Made by a program: the position numbers and the translations under genes
Part shown: in pieces, positions 9,621-19,048 of the stretch
Layout: every line of letters begins with the position of its first letter
Position numbering within the stretch: the first letter of the stretch is position 1
The notes under the pieces: model-generated
What the model was told of the DNA's origin: nothing
The model's database searches: none
What the model saw: only the letters and a program-made list of their open reading frames with translations
From: SAR202 cluster bacterium AC-409-J13_OGT_754m
GTDB taxonomy: Bacteria; Chloroflexota; Dehalococcoidia; Lucifugimonadales; GCA-2712585
Length of the DNA stretch: 64,000 nucleotides
Direction of reading: 5' to 3'
Assembly (NCBI GenBank): GCA_009391235.1
Contig: VEXD01000004.1
Location: 5,338-69,337 of the forward strand

Positions 9621-9649
9621 TTGACAGGCGTTATTGGTTAGACTAGTCT
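9621..9649 (+). promoter_or_regulatory. Sigma70-type promoter of the tRNA gene
   Basis: TTGACA (9621-9626), N17, TAGTCT (9644-9649), 12 nt before the tRNA. Confidence 0.6.
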
Positions 9650-9661
9650 GGAGTTAGCAAG

Positions 9662-9736
9662 GGGCCCGTAGCTCAGTGGCAGAGCGGCCGGCTCATAACC
9701 GGTTGGTCGTAGGTTCGAACCCTGCCGGGCCCACCA
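9662..9736 (+). tRNA. tRNA with CAT anticodon, most likely tRNA-Ile2 (lysidine-modified)
   Basis: Acceptor stem GGGCCCG/CGGGCCC, discriminator A, encoded CCA, D-arm AGCTCAGTGGCAGAGC, anticodon arm GCCGG-CTCATAA-CCGGT, T-loop GGTTCGAAC. It lacks the initiator C1:A72 mismatch and GGG/CCC anticodon stem. Confidence 0.9.
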
Positions 9737-9771
9737 AACTGCGATTGCAATTGGTTTAAACTAAGTTCGTT

Positions 9772-10389
9772 TTAGGGCCATTGTGGGCGTTCCATAGAGA
9801 ATTTGTTGTTTACTTCTACGAAGTCTAGGTATCCCAGCCTACCTACGGGATTGACTTTCAAGACATCAATAATACCGTCTACTATAACCTCATCATCTAT
9901 ATGAATTCCGACCACTTCTCCAAACACAACAACGTTGGGTTTATCTTCTGATTTAGACAATATGTTTTGTGAATATAAGTATCTGCATTCTAATTGAAGT
10001 GGGCTTTCTGCTACACGAGGACATTTTACTATTAAAGACGGTGCTTTAGTGAGGCCTGCATATTGGAATTCATCGATATCGGGAGGGGCAGGCACTGCGG
10101 TTGCATTCATCTTTGCACTTAGCTTTTTTGTTGCAATGTTGACCACAAATTCCCCGGTGGTTTGGGCGTCCAATACTGCATCTTTGAGTCGTCCATTTCT
10201 GTGACTGCCGGTAGATGCGAACATCACTTGGGGTGGTTCATAGGCAACTGCGTTGAAGAACGAGTATGGCGCCAGGTTAGGAATTCCCGAGATACTGATA
10301 GTGGATATCCATCCTATAGGTCGTGGTACTACCATTGCATTTAGAGGATCGTGGCGCAGTCCGTGGCCGTTTTTGGGTTCATAAAACAT
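9772..10389 (-). CDS. Flavin reductase-like (DIM6/NTAB) FMN-binding protein
   Basis: VVPRPIGWIST, NLAPYSFFN, GEFVVN, PRVAESP, VGRLG; ATG 10389 follows AAGGA. Confidence 0.88.
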   Translation of the reverse strand: MFYEPKNGHGLRHDPLNAMVVPRPIGWISTISISGIPNLAPYSFFNAVAYEPPQVMFASTGSHRNGRLKDAVLDAQTTGEFVVNIATKKLSAKMNATAVPAPPDIDEFQYAGLTKAPSLIVKCPRVAESPLQLECRYLYSQNILSKSEDKPNVVVFGEVVGIHIDDEVIVDGIIDVLKVNPVGRLGYLDFVEVNNKFSMERPQWP

Positions 10390-10673
10390 GGTAGCGTCCT
10401 TTGAGAACAACTGAATTGGGGCTGCATGATTTGTCAATATCAAAGACTATGGTAACACACAGTAACCAGGATTATAGGTTATTCAGACAATCAAGTGTGC
10501 TGTGTCTAAAAAGTTCATTTAATGTTGTCATTTAATATTGTTTATGATAGGGTTGTGATGCCCTAAATTGTTGCATCGTCTCATCTGCTTCCTAGGTTCA
10601 GCATTGGAACCCCCGCTTAGTTGCCCGTGTGACGCTGCCTCGAGGGAAATTAAGCGCATTTAAGGAGCGTTGC

Positions 10674-10955
10674 ATGAACATCTACGTTGGAAATCTGTCG
10701 TACGATAGTGGGGAAGACGACATTAAGGTCGCTTTCACTGCTTTTGGTAACGTCAGTGAAGTAAGGTTGATTACTGACCGGTATTCGGGTCGCTCGAAGG
10801 GGTTCGCCTTTGTCGAGATGCCTGATGCAGGTGAAGCTGAGTCAGCCATACAGGGATTAAATGGTACAAGTCTAGAGGGACGCACTTTAACTGTTAATGA
10901 GGCAAGGCCTCGCGAACAGAATGGTGGAGGCAATCGGGGCTCTAGGCCCTATTAG
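10674..10955 (+). CDS. RRM (RNP-1) RNA-binding protein
   Basis: RNP2 IYVGNL, RNP1 KGFAFVEM, GRTLTVNEARPRE and Gly-rich tail; ATG 10674 after TAAGGAG. Confidence 0.95.
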   Translation: MNIYVGNLSYDSGEDDIKVAFTAFGNVSEVRLITDRYSGRSKGFAFVEMPDAGEAESAIQGLNGTSLEGRTLTVNEARPREQNGGGNRGSRPY

Positions 10956-11004
10956 TAACAAACACCCGTTGATGCTATTTATAGCATCCTAGGTTAAACA
11001 ATTT

Positions 11005-11035
11005 GGGGGCACGCAAGCGGGGTGCCTCCTTTTTT
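11005..11035 (+). terminator. Intrinsic terminator after the RRM gene
   Basis: GC-rich stem GGGGGCAC/GTGCCTCC followed by a T6 run. Confidence 0.7.
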
Positions 11036-11185
11036 ATTAGCTTTTTCGCATCCATATGTTTGGTTATTATTAATTGGAGTATTGAAAAGTTGGCATTCTG
11101 ATGCGCTTTATGTAGGATTGATTGCATAGAATTACCAGGACTGTTTGATCGATATACGTAAGTATGTAAATCTTGGGGGTATATT

Positions 11186-12679
11186 ATGACTAAGATTGCT
11201 TTTAGAGGTGGATGGGTAGTCGGATGGATCGATGGCAGACATCAAGTACTGGAAGGCGGGACAGTAGTAGTTGAAAAAGATCGGATCATATTTGTAGGAT
11301 TTCCTGATGATCCAGCATGCCCGTCCGCTGATCGGGTTATTTTCACACAAGGCAAATTGGTTTCACCTGGGCTAATAAATTTACATTGTATTGCTAATTT
11401 AGACCTGCAGCCCTTGAGTATTGATACAGGAAGATCCCTTGGCCCTGGTTTGCCGATATCAATGAGTGATTCTCACCCAGACAAAACCCATATATTTTCA
11501 GATGAGGATTTCCGAACAAGTGCTCAATTCTGTGTTGCGACTCTTCTAAAGGCAGGAAATACTTCTTATGCAGGAGTTACTACCGGTCTAAATAAAATGT
11601 GGGAGGACCCGATTCAGGAACCTTACGCCTTGGCAGAAGCATCAGAGAACATGGGTGTACGGGCATGGCTAGCGCATTTTTATGAAGAAGCTAAGGATTT
11701 TGCTGAAGTAAACGGCAAAATGACAACCATTTGGGATAGAGGGAAGGCTCAGCACGGACTCGATCGAGCTATTGAGTTTAATAAATTTCTTAATGGTAGA
11801 GGAGATGGGCGACTGACCGGTTTTCTATTTCCATATCGGACTGAAAAATGTTCTGATGAATTGTTACAAGAAACTATGCGTCAATCTAGGCTTTTAGGAG
11901 ATACGCATGTTCGTTCACATTTTTCACAGCATTTGGACGAATTCGAGGATGCAAAAAAACGGAATGGGAAGTCCATGATTGAATGGCTCCAGGATATTGG
12001 ATTTCTTGGTTCTCAGGTATGTCTTACGCATGCCAGGTATATTGCGGGCCATCAATTAACAGGTGATCCCCCTGGAAAAGATTTGGAGATATTGTCTAAT
12101 TCCTTGACGAGTGTTTGTCACTGTCCTGTAATATCTGCCAGGAATGCTAGGGGAGGATTGCAATCTCTTAGCAAATATGTATTCGCGGGAGTTAATGTGG
12201 GAATAGGATGTGACGCATTTCCTCCTGATTTGATAGAGGAAATGCGTGTTGGAGCTTTGGTTAACAAAGAACTGGATCATCATAAGGATTCTGGTACTGT
12301 GAAAGAGTTTTTTGATGCTGCTACTATTGGCGGTGCGAAAGCTTTGGGTAGAAATGATATTGGGCGTTTGGAGGCAGGTTGTTTAGCCGATATTAGCGTT
12401 TTTAATTTAGAATCACTTGCATTAGGCCCTCTAGATGATCCAATGCGCACATTTTTCCATTATGGCCACGGGTCTGATTGTGAGAAAGTGATGGTAAATG
12501 GGCGGTTAGTGGTAGATGAAGGACGTGTTATCGGTGTTGATGAGGAGGAGCTGTTAAGTAGAGTTAACGATACGTGGGCTAGATATAGAACTGGGACAGT
12601 AAGTAGGAATCATCCAGGCAAATTAGTGGATGAAATATACCCTCCGGTAATTCCTATAGTACGACCAACCACTCACTAG
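11186..12679 (+). CDS. Amidohydrolase, TRZ/ATZ (N-ethylammeline chlorohydrolase-like) family
   Basis: SPGLINLH, VCHCP, GIGCDAFPPD, ATIGGAKALGRNDIGRLEAGCLAD, VMVNGRLVV. Confidence 0.8.
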   Translation: MTKIAFRGGWVVGWIDGRHQVLEGGTVVVEKDRIIFVGFPDDPACPSADRVIFTQGKLVSPGLINLHCIANLDLQPLSIDTGRSLGPGLPISMSDSHPDKTHIFSDEDFRTSAQFCVATLLKAGNTSYAGVTTGLNKMWEDPIQEPYALAEASENMGVRAWLAHFYEEAKDFAEVNGKMTTIWDRGKAQHGLDRAIEFNKFLNGRGDGRLTGFLFPYRTEKCSDELLQETMRQSRLLGDTHVRSHFSQHLDEFEDAKKRNGKSMIEWLQDIGFLGSQVCLTHARYIAGHQLTGDPPGKDLEILSNSLTSVCHCPVISARNARGGLQSLSKYVFAGVNVGIGCDAFPPDLIEEMRVGALVNKELDHHKDSGTVKEFFDAATIGGAKALGRNDIGRLEAGCLADISVFNLESLALGPLDDPMRTFFHYGHGSDCEKVMVNGRLVVDEGRVIGVDEEELLSRVNDTWARYRTGTVSRNHPGKLVDEIYPPVIPIVRPTTH

Positions 12680-12751
12680 TACAACAAGCTTTTATAAGAC
12701 CCTAAATAGATCAACAGTATCTTAATGCAGGTAATAAACGAGAGGTGTTAA

Positions 12752-14278
12752 ATGAGTGGCGATAATAGCCAGACAATTATTGCGCACTGTATTAAATCGG
12801 GCTCTTTGGATAAACCAGCAATTGTAGTCCCTAATGGTCCAGTTATTACCTATAGCTCGCTCGTCGACCAAGTAGACAGGGTTAGAGGGTCTTTAGAGTC
12901 AATGGGTTTGAAGAGAGGGGATAGAGTCGCAGTAGTATTACCTAACAGTATTGAGGCACTTATTTGTTTTTTTGCGGTTACTTCTGTTGCGACTGTAGCT
13001 CCGTTAAATCCATCATATACGTCAGAGGAGATCAAGTTTTATATAGAAGATATAGGTGCAACGACCTTAATAACATCAGAAACATCAGGAATCGGAATCA
13101 GAGAAAGTGCTCCAGCCCACGTAAACCATATCAAGGTTTCCCTTGACGATAACGGGGATATGAACCTTGTTTTCTCAGGTGGTAATACCTCAAATCAAGA
13201 GACCATGGTTCCTAATGCTGATGATGTTGCTCTTATACTCCATACGAGTGGTACTACTAGTAGACCTAAAAAGGTGCCGTTAACACATGGAAATCTTTTG
13301 ACATCAGTTAACAATATAGTGGGCACTTATCTTTTGACAGAAGAAGATGTTTCACTTTGCGTGATGCCTTTATTCCATGTGCACGGTCTTATAGCCTCTT
13401 CACTTTCTACCTTTGCTTCTGGTGGAACTCTTTTGTTGCCCACGCCGTTTAATGTAATTAAATTCAGGGATTTAATTAGTAATTACGGTGCCACTTGGTG
13501 TTCTGCGGTTCCAGCGATATATCAGACTGTACTTAATCGCATAAAGGTGAGAGACAAAGTGTTAAATGAACCTAATCAGTTGCGGTTTCTCAGGTCGTGT
13601 AGTGCTGCTCTGCCTGGTTCGCTTATGTTGGAGTTGGAAGATCAATTTGGAGTTCCAGTATTAGAAGCATATGGCATGACTGAAGCTTCTCACCAAATGT
13701 CATCTAATCCATTGCCACCAGATAAACGTGTTCCAGGTTCTGTCGGTAAGGGCACTAATGTCGATATTTGTATTATGGATGCTAATGGGAACATATTAGG
13801 GGCTGATACACTGGGTGAGATAGTAATTAAAGGGTGCAATGTGATTAACGGATATGAAGATAACCCCTTAGCAAACATCGATTCGTTTACGGATGGATGG
13901 TTTCGCACCGGTGATGAAGGGATTATTGGGGAAGATGGACATTTGATTATCAAGGCACGCATTAAGGAAATTATTAATCGTAGTGGAGAAAAGATTGCGC
14001 CTGGTGAAATTGATGAGGTATTGATGATGCATGACGCTGTAGTAGAGGCGGTGGCCTTTGGTGTTCCACATTCTGTCAGGGGTGAAGATCCATGTGCAGC
14101 AGTAGTAACTAATTATCCCGTTACCAGTCAAGAACTAGTTTCGCATTGTAGGTTACATTTGGCTCCGTTTAAATGTCCAAGAACTATTTATGTTGTTGAC
14201 AGTATTCCACGGACTGCGACGGGGAAGGTTCAACGGAAAAAAGTTGCGGAATATGTGTTAGAAAATCTTGGTATCTGA
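12752..14278 (+). CDS. AMP-forming acyl-CoA synthetase, oxalate--CoA ligase (AAE3/Pcs60/Oxs)-like
   Basis: LHTSGTTSRPK, PLFHVHGL, LRFLRSCSA, EAYGMTEASHQMSSNPLPP, WFRTGD, RTATGKVQR. Confidence 0.82.
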   Translation: MSGDNSQTIIAHCIKSGSLDKPAIVVPNGPVITYSSLVDQVDRVRGSLESMGLKRGDRVAVVLPNSIEALICFFAVTSVATVAPLNPSYTSEEIKFYIEDIGATTLITSETSGIGIRESAPAHVNHIKVSLDDNGDMNLVFSGGNTSNQETMVPNADDVALILHTSGTTSRPKKVPLTHGNLLTSVNNIVGTYLLTEEDVSLCVMPLFHVHGLIASSLSTFASGGTLLLPTPFNVIKFRDLISNYGATWCSAVPAIYQTVLNRIKVRDKVLNEPNQLRFLRSCSAALPGSLMLELEDQFGVPVLEAYGMTEASHQMSSNPLPPDKRVPGSVGKGTNVDICIMDANGNILGADTLGEIVIKGCNVINGYEDNPLANIDSFTDGWFRTGDEGIIGEDGHLIIKARIKEIINRSGEKIAPGEIDEVLMMHDAVVEAVAFGVPHSVRGEDPCAAVVTNYPVTSQELVSHCRLHLAPFKCPRTIYVVDSIPRTATGKVQRKKVAEYVLENLGI

Positions 14279-14318
14279 CAATTGCAGCGCGGGATTGAGT
14301 GGATATGGGGTATTTAAG

Positions 14319-15293
14319 ATGAAATTTGCCATTGTAGGAGCGGGCGCTATAGGTGCCTATATAGGGGCCAAACTTTGGTTATCAGGGCATGATGTTTCCC
14401 TTATAGCGCGTGGTGACCATTTGAAGAAGATGCGCGAGGATGGAATTCAAATACTTGACCGGGGAGGGGACTTCGTAGCTCGTCCCAAGGCGACAGATGA
14501 TTATGATGAAGTTGGACCCGTAGACTTTGTTTTTCTGACAGTTAAAGCACACAGTCTTATAGAAGTGGTGGATAAATTAGGCCCATTGATGGGACATAAC
14601 ACGTCAGTAGTGTCGGCTCAAAATGGTATTCCATGGTGGTATTTTTTTGGTCATGAAGGTGTCTGGAATGGAACCCAACTTAAAAGTGTGGATCCGGGAG
14701 GCATTATTTCCAAATATATCGCTCCAGAACGTATCATCGGATGTATCCTATATTTGTCAACTGAGATTGTTAAGCCTGGAGTCATCAGGTTTACGGAGGG
14801 CGACCGTTTAGCTATTGGAGAACTTGATGGTTCTAATTCGGAGAGGTGCAAAGAACTAGCGGATGCGATAAAAAAAACTGGGTTAAGGTGTCCTATTAGG
14901 GGTAGGATTAGGGAGGATTTATGGGTCAAGTTACTGGGAAATGTTGCCTTTAACCCAATTAGTGCATTAACACGTTCGACTCTGGATCTTATCATCAGTG
15001 ATAAAGGAGTAGCGTCACTGGCTCGAAAGTTAATGGAAGAAGCTGACTCGGTGGCCAGAGCGCTGGGTGTGAAGGTTCCTATATCTATAGAACAGCGCAT
15101 GGTAGGTGCATCAAAAGTAGGACCGCATAAAACATCGATGCTTCAAGATGTGGAAAAGGGTCGAAAAATGGAATTAGATAGTATTTTGGGGGCAGTTGTG
15201 GAATTGGGTGATAAACTAGGAGTATCCGTAAATACCACAAGGTATATTTATTCGTGCGCTAAGCTATTGGAAAGGAACCTGATTGACGAATAA
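14319..15293 (+). CDS. panE: Ketopantoate reductase family protein, PanE2/oxalyl-CoA reductase-like clade
   Basis: GAGAIG, VKAH, AQNGIPWWYF, WVKLLGNVAFNPISALT, HKTSMLQD; start ATG 14319. Confidence 0.82.
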   Translation: MKFAIVGAGAIGAYIGAKLWLSGHDVSLIARGDHLKKMREDGIQILDRGGDFVARPKATDDYDEVGPVDFVFLTVKAHSLIEVVDKLGPLMGHNTSVVSAQNGIPWWYFFGHEGVWNGTQLKSVDPGGIISKYIAPERIIGCILYLSTEIVKPGVIRFTEGDRLAIGELDGSNSERCKELADAIKKTGLRCPIRGRIREDLWVKLLGNVAFNPISALTRSTLDLIISDKGVASLARKLMEEADSVARALGVKVPISIEQRMVGASKVGPHKTSMLQDVEKGRKMELDSILGAVVELGDKLGVSVNTTRYIYSCAKLLERNLIDE

Positions 15294-15347
15294 ACTGGTT
15301 TTATGGGTCCTAGTTATATTTAATGATGTTTTAGGTATTAATTAACG

Positions 15348-16634
15348 TTGTCATTCGGTAAAAATAAATCCAGATTGCGGTTTTTCTATGGTTGGATCAT
15401 CTTGGCAGTTGCTATGTTGGGCGGATTTATGTCAGGGCCTGGACAAACATATGGGGTATCTGGATTCATAGATCCTATGATTAATAGTCTTGGTTGGTCA
15501 AGAACTCGAATATCTGGTCTTTATAGTGCTGGTTCTATGACTGCTTCCTTCGGAATGATTTTTGTAGGACAGTTATTGGATCGATATAGCGCACGCCTAG
15601 TCTTAACTATTGTTGCCATTCTGTTTGGATTGGTTCTTATTGGTATGAGTAGGATAAATAGTGAAATTGAAGCCTACCTGGGATTTTCCGCTATAAGAAC
15701 TTTAGGACAGGGATCAATAATGCTTATAACCACAACTATGGTTGCCATGTGGTTCGTTAGGCTTAGAGGTAGGGTGATGGCAATAGCTATGATGGGTACT
15801 GCGTTAAGCCAAGCTTCATTTCCCCCATTAATACAATACCTGATCAACCATTTAGGATGGAGGGATGCTTGGGTAGCCTTAGGAATTATAGTTTGGGTAT
15901 TTTTGGTGGCTCCAGTATTGATTTTAGTTCGACGCTCGCCAGAGGCGATAGGATTGCTACCCGATGGAGATTTAAAGCCATCTTCTAAAGATGATAGTGA
16001 TTTAGCCCTAAAAACCACTATTGAAGAACCAAAGTGGACTTTAGGTGAAGCAATAAGGACAAGATCATTTTGGTTAATATTGTTTGTTGGATCGACTCCC
16101 TCACTTATTAGCACGGCTATGACATTCCATAATGAGTCACTTTTGGTCAATCGCGGATTAAACCCGGAATTAGCAGCGGCTGTTTTGGCTACTGTAGCAC
16201 CGGCAAGTTTAGGCGCAAGCATTGTCATTGGCTATTTGTCTGAAAGGCTTCCTAACAGGTATTTATTAGCGGTTGGACAGATATTTTTGGCGGCTACGAT
16301 GATGTTCTATTTTGTTATGAATAAAGGATGGCATGCATTTATTTATGGAGGATTACTTGGTTTGAGTGGAGGGTCGAATATGGTTGTAAATTCAGTAATT
16401 TGGCCAAATTATTATGGTAGGCATCGCCTAGGGAGTATACGAGGAGTGGTTACTACTAGCATGGTTGCCATGTCCGCTTTAGGCCCTCTACCATTTGGAT
16501 TGATGTTCGATGTCACTGGAGGATACACTTCAGCAATGTTGGTTTTCTTGATATTGCCTGTTAGTGGAATAATTGCAGCAGTCATAGCAAAACCTCCCAG
16601 TAAGGGTAAAGACCTCCGAGAGGTTCTCACATGA
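15348..16634 (+). CDS. MFS transporter (OFA/MCT-like)
   Basis: About 12 TM segments, FFYGWIIL, GQLLDRYSAR motif A, WFVRLRGR, YYGRHRLGSIRG. Confidence 0.88.
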   Translation: MSFGKNKSRLRFFYGWIILAVAMLGGFMSGPGQTYGVSGFIDPMINSLGWSRTRISGLYSAGSMTASFGMIFVGQLLDRYSARLVLTIVAILFGLVLIGMSRINSEIEAYLGFSAIRTLGQGSIMLITTTMVAMWFVRLRGRVMAIAMMGTALSQASFPPLIQYLINHLGWRDAWVALGIIVWVFLVAPVLILVRRSPEAIGLLPDGDLKPSSKDDSDLALKTTIEEPKWTLGEAIRTRSFWLILFVGSTPSLISTAMTFHNESLLVNRGLNPELAAAVLATVAPASLGASIVIGYLSERLPNRYLLAVGQIFLAATMMFYFVMNKGWHAFIYGGLLGLSGGSNMVVNSVIWPNYYGRHRLGSIRGVVTTSMVAMSALGPLPFGLMFDVTGGYTSAMLVFLILPVSGIIAAVIAKPPSKGKDLREVLT

Positions 16635-18049
16635 ATGAGAGAGATTTGGCTTTTTTGCCTGCTTGGCAACTTGGGAGACTGATTAAAACCAAAGAGATTT
16701 CCCCAGTTGAATTGACGGAGTTATATATCCGTAGAATAGAGGAATTCAATCCTGCTCTAAACGCTTTTATTACGATTGCCGCGGATTATGCAATTCGCGA
16801 GGCAAAATTGGTTGAGGCTAAGATTGCAGCTAATGATATCAGCAGTTCGTTTTTTGGAGTACCCATAGGCATTAAGGATCTGGAGTTGACCTCTGGTATT
16901 AGGTCAACTATGGGCTCACTGGTTTATGAAAATTATATTCCTGATAGAGATACTGTCGTTGTTGAGAGAATCAGGAATTCTGGGCAGATAATTTTGGGAA
17001 AGACGAATACACCTGAATTCGGTTTATCTGGGACCACTGAAAACCGTCTTGGAGAGGCATGTCGCAACCCATGGAATCTTGAACGGACTAGTGGTGGTTC
17101 TAGTGGTGGTTCAGGATCTGCAGTCGCAGCAGGGCTTTGTCCATTAACAACAGGCAGTGACGGCGGTGGATCCATCCGTATACCGTCAAGTTTTTGTGGA
17201 ATTTATGGCATCAAGCCCACACTGGGTCGTATTCCTCGTTTTGGTGGTTTGGGCAAACCGTCCCCCAATCTAACTTCGCAAGCAGGTCCTATGACTCGTA
17301 CTGTTCGTGATTCCGCATTATTACTGGACATTTTAGCGGGATATGATAAGAGAGACCCATATTCATTAAAAGATGCCCCTGCTAATTTTGCAGATGGTCT
17401 GGATCTAGGGATTAAAGGAGTCAAAATCGCTTGGAGTTCTGATCTAGGATATGCGGCTGTTGAGAAAGAAACACGAGACATTACATACGCGGCAGCTAAG
17501 GTATTTAGAGATTTGGGAGCTGACATTGATGAGCCAGTACTCTCTTTGGAACATCCTATGGAAGCATTTCTGAGCATATTTGCTGCTAATAACTATGCTT
17601 CATATGGTGATTTGATGGATTCGAGGAATGATATGCTTACTGAGTATGGAAGGCAAAATCTGGAATTAGGTCGAGACGTCACTGGAGTGGATTATGCTAG
17701 AGCGTTGCTGTCTGTACAGATCATGAGGGCAAAAATCGATGAATTAATGGACACATATGACTTGTTGGTGACTCCTACCATGGCTATTTCGGCTTTTCCG
17801 ATAGATCAACAACCAGAATCTATAGATGGTTATTCAGTTCACTCTAGATGGGGCTATCTGCCATTTACCCCTGTCTTTAATTTAACAGGCCAACCAGCAG
17901 CAAATGTGCCATGTGGTTTTTCACATGACGGAATGCCTATTGGGCTTCACATTGTAGGTAGACGTGGAGAGGAAGGACTAGTGCTTAGGGCCTCCGCTGC
18001 TTTTGAACAGGCCAGACCATGGATTAATATACTACCTCCTATATGTTAA
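16631..18049 (+). CDS. Amidase signature family enzyme
   Basis: GVPIGIKD, GKTNTPEFG, GGSSGGSG and GSDGGGSIRIPSS (Ser-cisSer-Lys triad); ATGA overlap with the MFS gene. Confidence 0.92.
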   Translation: MNERDLAFLPAWQLGRLIKTKEISPVELTELYIRRIEEFNPALNAFITIAADYAIREAKLVEAKIAANDISSSFFGVPIGIKDLELTSGIRSTMGSLVYENYIPDRDTVVVERIRNSGQIILGKTNTPEFGLSGTTENRLGEACRNPWNLERTSGGSSGGSGSAVAAGLCPLTTGSDGGGSIRIPSSFCGIYGIKPTLGRIPRFGGLGKPSPNLTSQAGPMTRTVRDSALLLDILAGYDKRDPYSLKDAPANFADGLDLGIKGVKIAWSSDLGYAAVEKETRDITYAAAKVFRDLGADIDEPVLSLEHPMEAFLSIFAANNYASYGDLMDSRNDMLTEYGRQNLELGRDVTGVDYARALLSVQIMRAKIDELMDTYDLLVTPTMAISAFPIDQQPESIDGYSVHSRWGYLPFTPVFNLTGQPAANVPCGFSHDGMPIGLHIVGRRGEEGLVLRASAAFEQARPWINILPPIC

Positions 18050-18155
18050 GTTATAACACCCCTAAACCAGGTTTTATAATTATATTCGATTAAAGTGGCT
18101 ACATGATAATAATCTTGTTGTTTCACATATAAAGGACTCTCCAAATACGAATAAT

Positions 18156-18189
18156 TCAGTCAACTTTAGCCTGCTTTTATGTTGACTGA
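18156..18189. terminator. Hairpin between the convergent amidase and tenA genes
   Basis: TCAGTCAAC (18156-18164) and GTTGACTGA (18181-18189) form a perfect 9-bp inverted repeat. Confidence 0.4.
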
Positions 18190-18297
18190 GATTTCTGACT
18201 GTGAAACGGTTGCCCCACTCGTGAGCAGGTGAGGGACTTAGTTTTGCCCAAAGTGGGATGGGAAATAGATTTGATAATTTGTTGGGCTCTACGTTAG

Positions 18298-18972
18298 TTA
18301 CACTGACCACGTTTCCTTTTTGTATGACATATCCCAAAACGAATACTCATACTTTAGGCTTAGACGATATGCGTTTTCCATTTTGGCTAGAGTATCTTTA
18401 TTTTGTGTTTGGGCCACTTCGTCGACCAGATCACGTATCCAAAAAGCCAGACCTTTGAAATCAAGGGCTGAATACATTTGTATCCATTGTTGATAAAGTG
18501 GCGCGTTTTGAGGCATGCCGGCAAGGCTCAATTGGTTCCCTATTTCCCAATAACCCCATTGGCATGGGAGCAGCCCTGCAATCAATTCAGGGTATGAATG
18601 GTCGGAAGCTAGTGTTAAGAGAAATCTGGTATATGCTAACGTAGCCGGTGCTATTTTGGTTTCTTCTAATTCTTTTTTGGATATTCCGAATTGGGCGCAA
18701 TAAGCACGATGAAGATCCATTTCATGATTGAGAGTCTGGTTTAGAAGATCAGCAAACCATCCCATAGAGGCCAAATCAGGTGAACGGGAAGAGGCAATGG
18801 CTAACACGCGACTATAGTCTATAAGATAAAGATAATCCTGGCGTATATAAAACTTGAATGATTCTACATCCAGTGTTCCGTCACCGATACCTGTGATAAA
18901 TGGGTGGGTTAGTATGGCTTGACGGAGTTCTACGGCGCGAGCTTCGATTTCTTTTGTATAACTCATAGTCAT
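18298..18972 (-). CDS. tenA: Thiaminase II / aminopyrimidine aminohydrolase
   Basis: HPFITGIGDGTL, FKFYIRQDYLYL, LLPCQWGY (catalytic Cys), YQQWIQMY, EYSFWDM. Confidence 0.93.
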   Translation of the reverse strand: MTMSYTKEIEARAVELRQAILTHPFITGIGDGTLDVESFKFYIRQDYLYLIDYSRVLAIASSRSPDLASMGWFADLLNQTLNHEMDLHRAYCAQFGISKKELEETKIAPATLAYTRFLLTLASDHSYPELIAGLLPCQWGYWEIGNQLSLAGMPQNAPLYQQWIQMYSALDFKGLAFWIRDLVDEVAQTQNKDTLAKMENAYRLSLKYEYSFWDMSYKKETWSV

Positions 18973-19048
18973 CCTCGAAAATATATTTATGTGTTTTTAG
19001 TTGATGCTAGTCAAATACCCATAGATAAATGAATATCCTTGCGTACAA

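Noticed and set aside
18050-18297. TPP or other riboswitch near tenA; also a TGA-AAC-GGT-TGC (UxxC-like) stretch
   Set aside because: The region is downstream of tenA between convergent genes. CTGAGA is present but the other TPP core motifs are not. The UxxC frame has further stops just upstream and no start codon.
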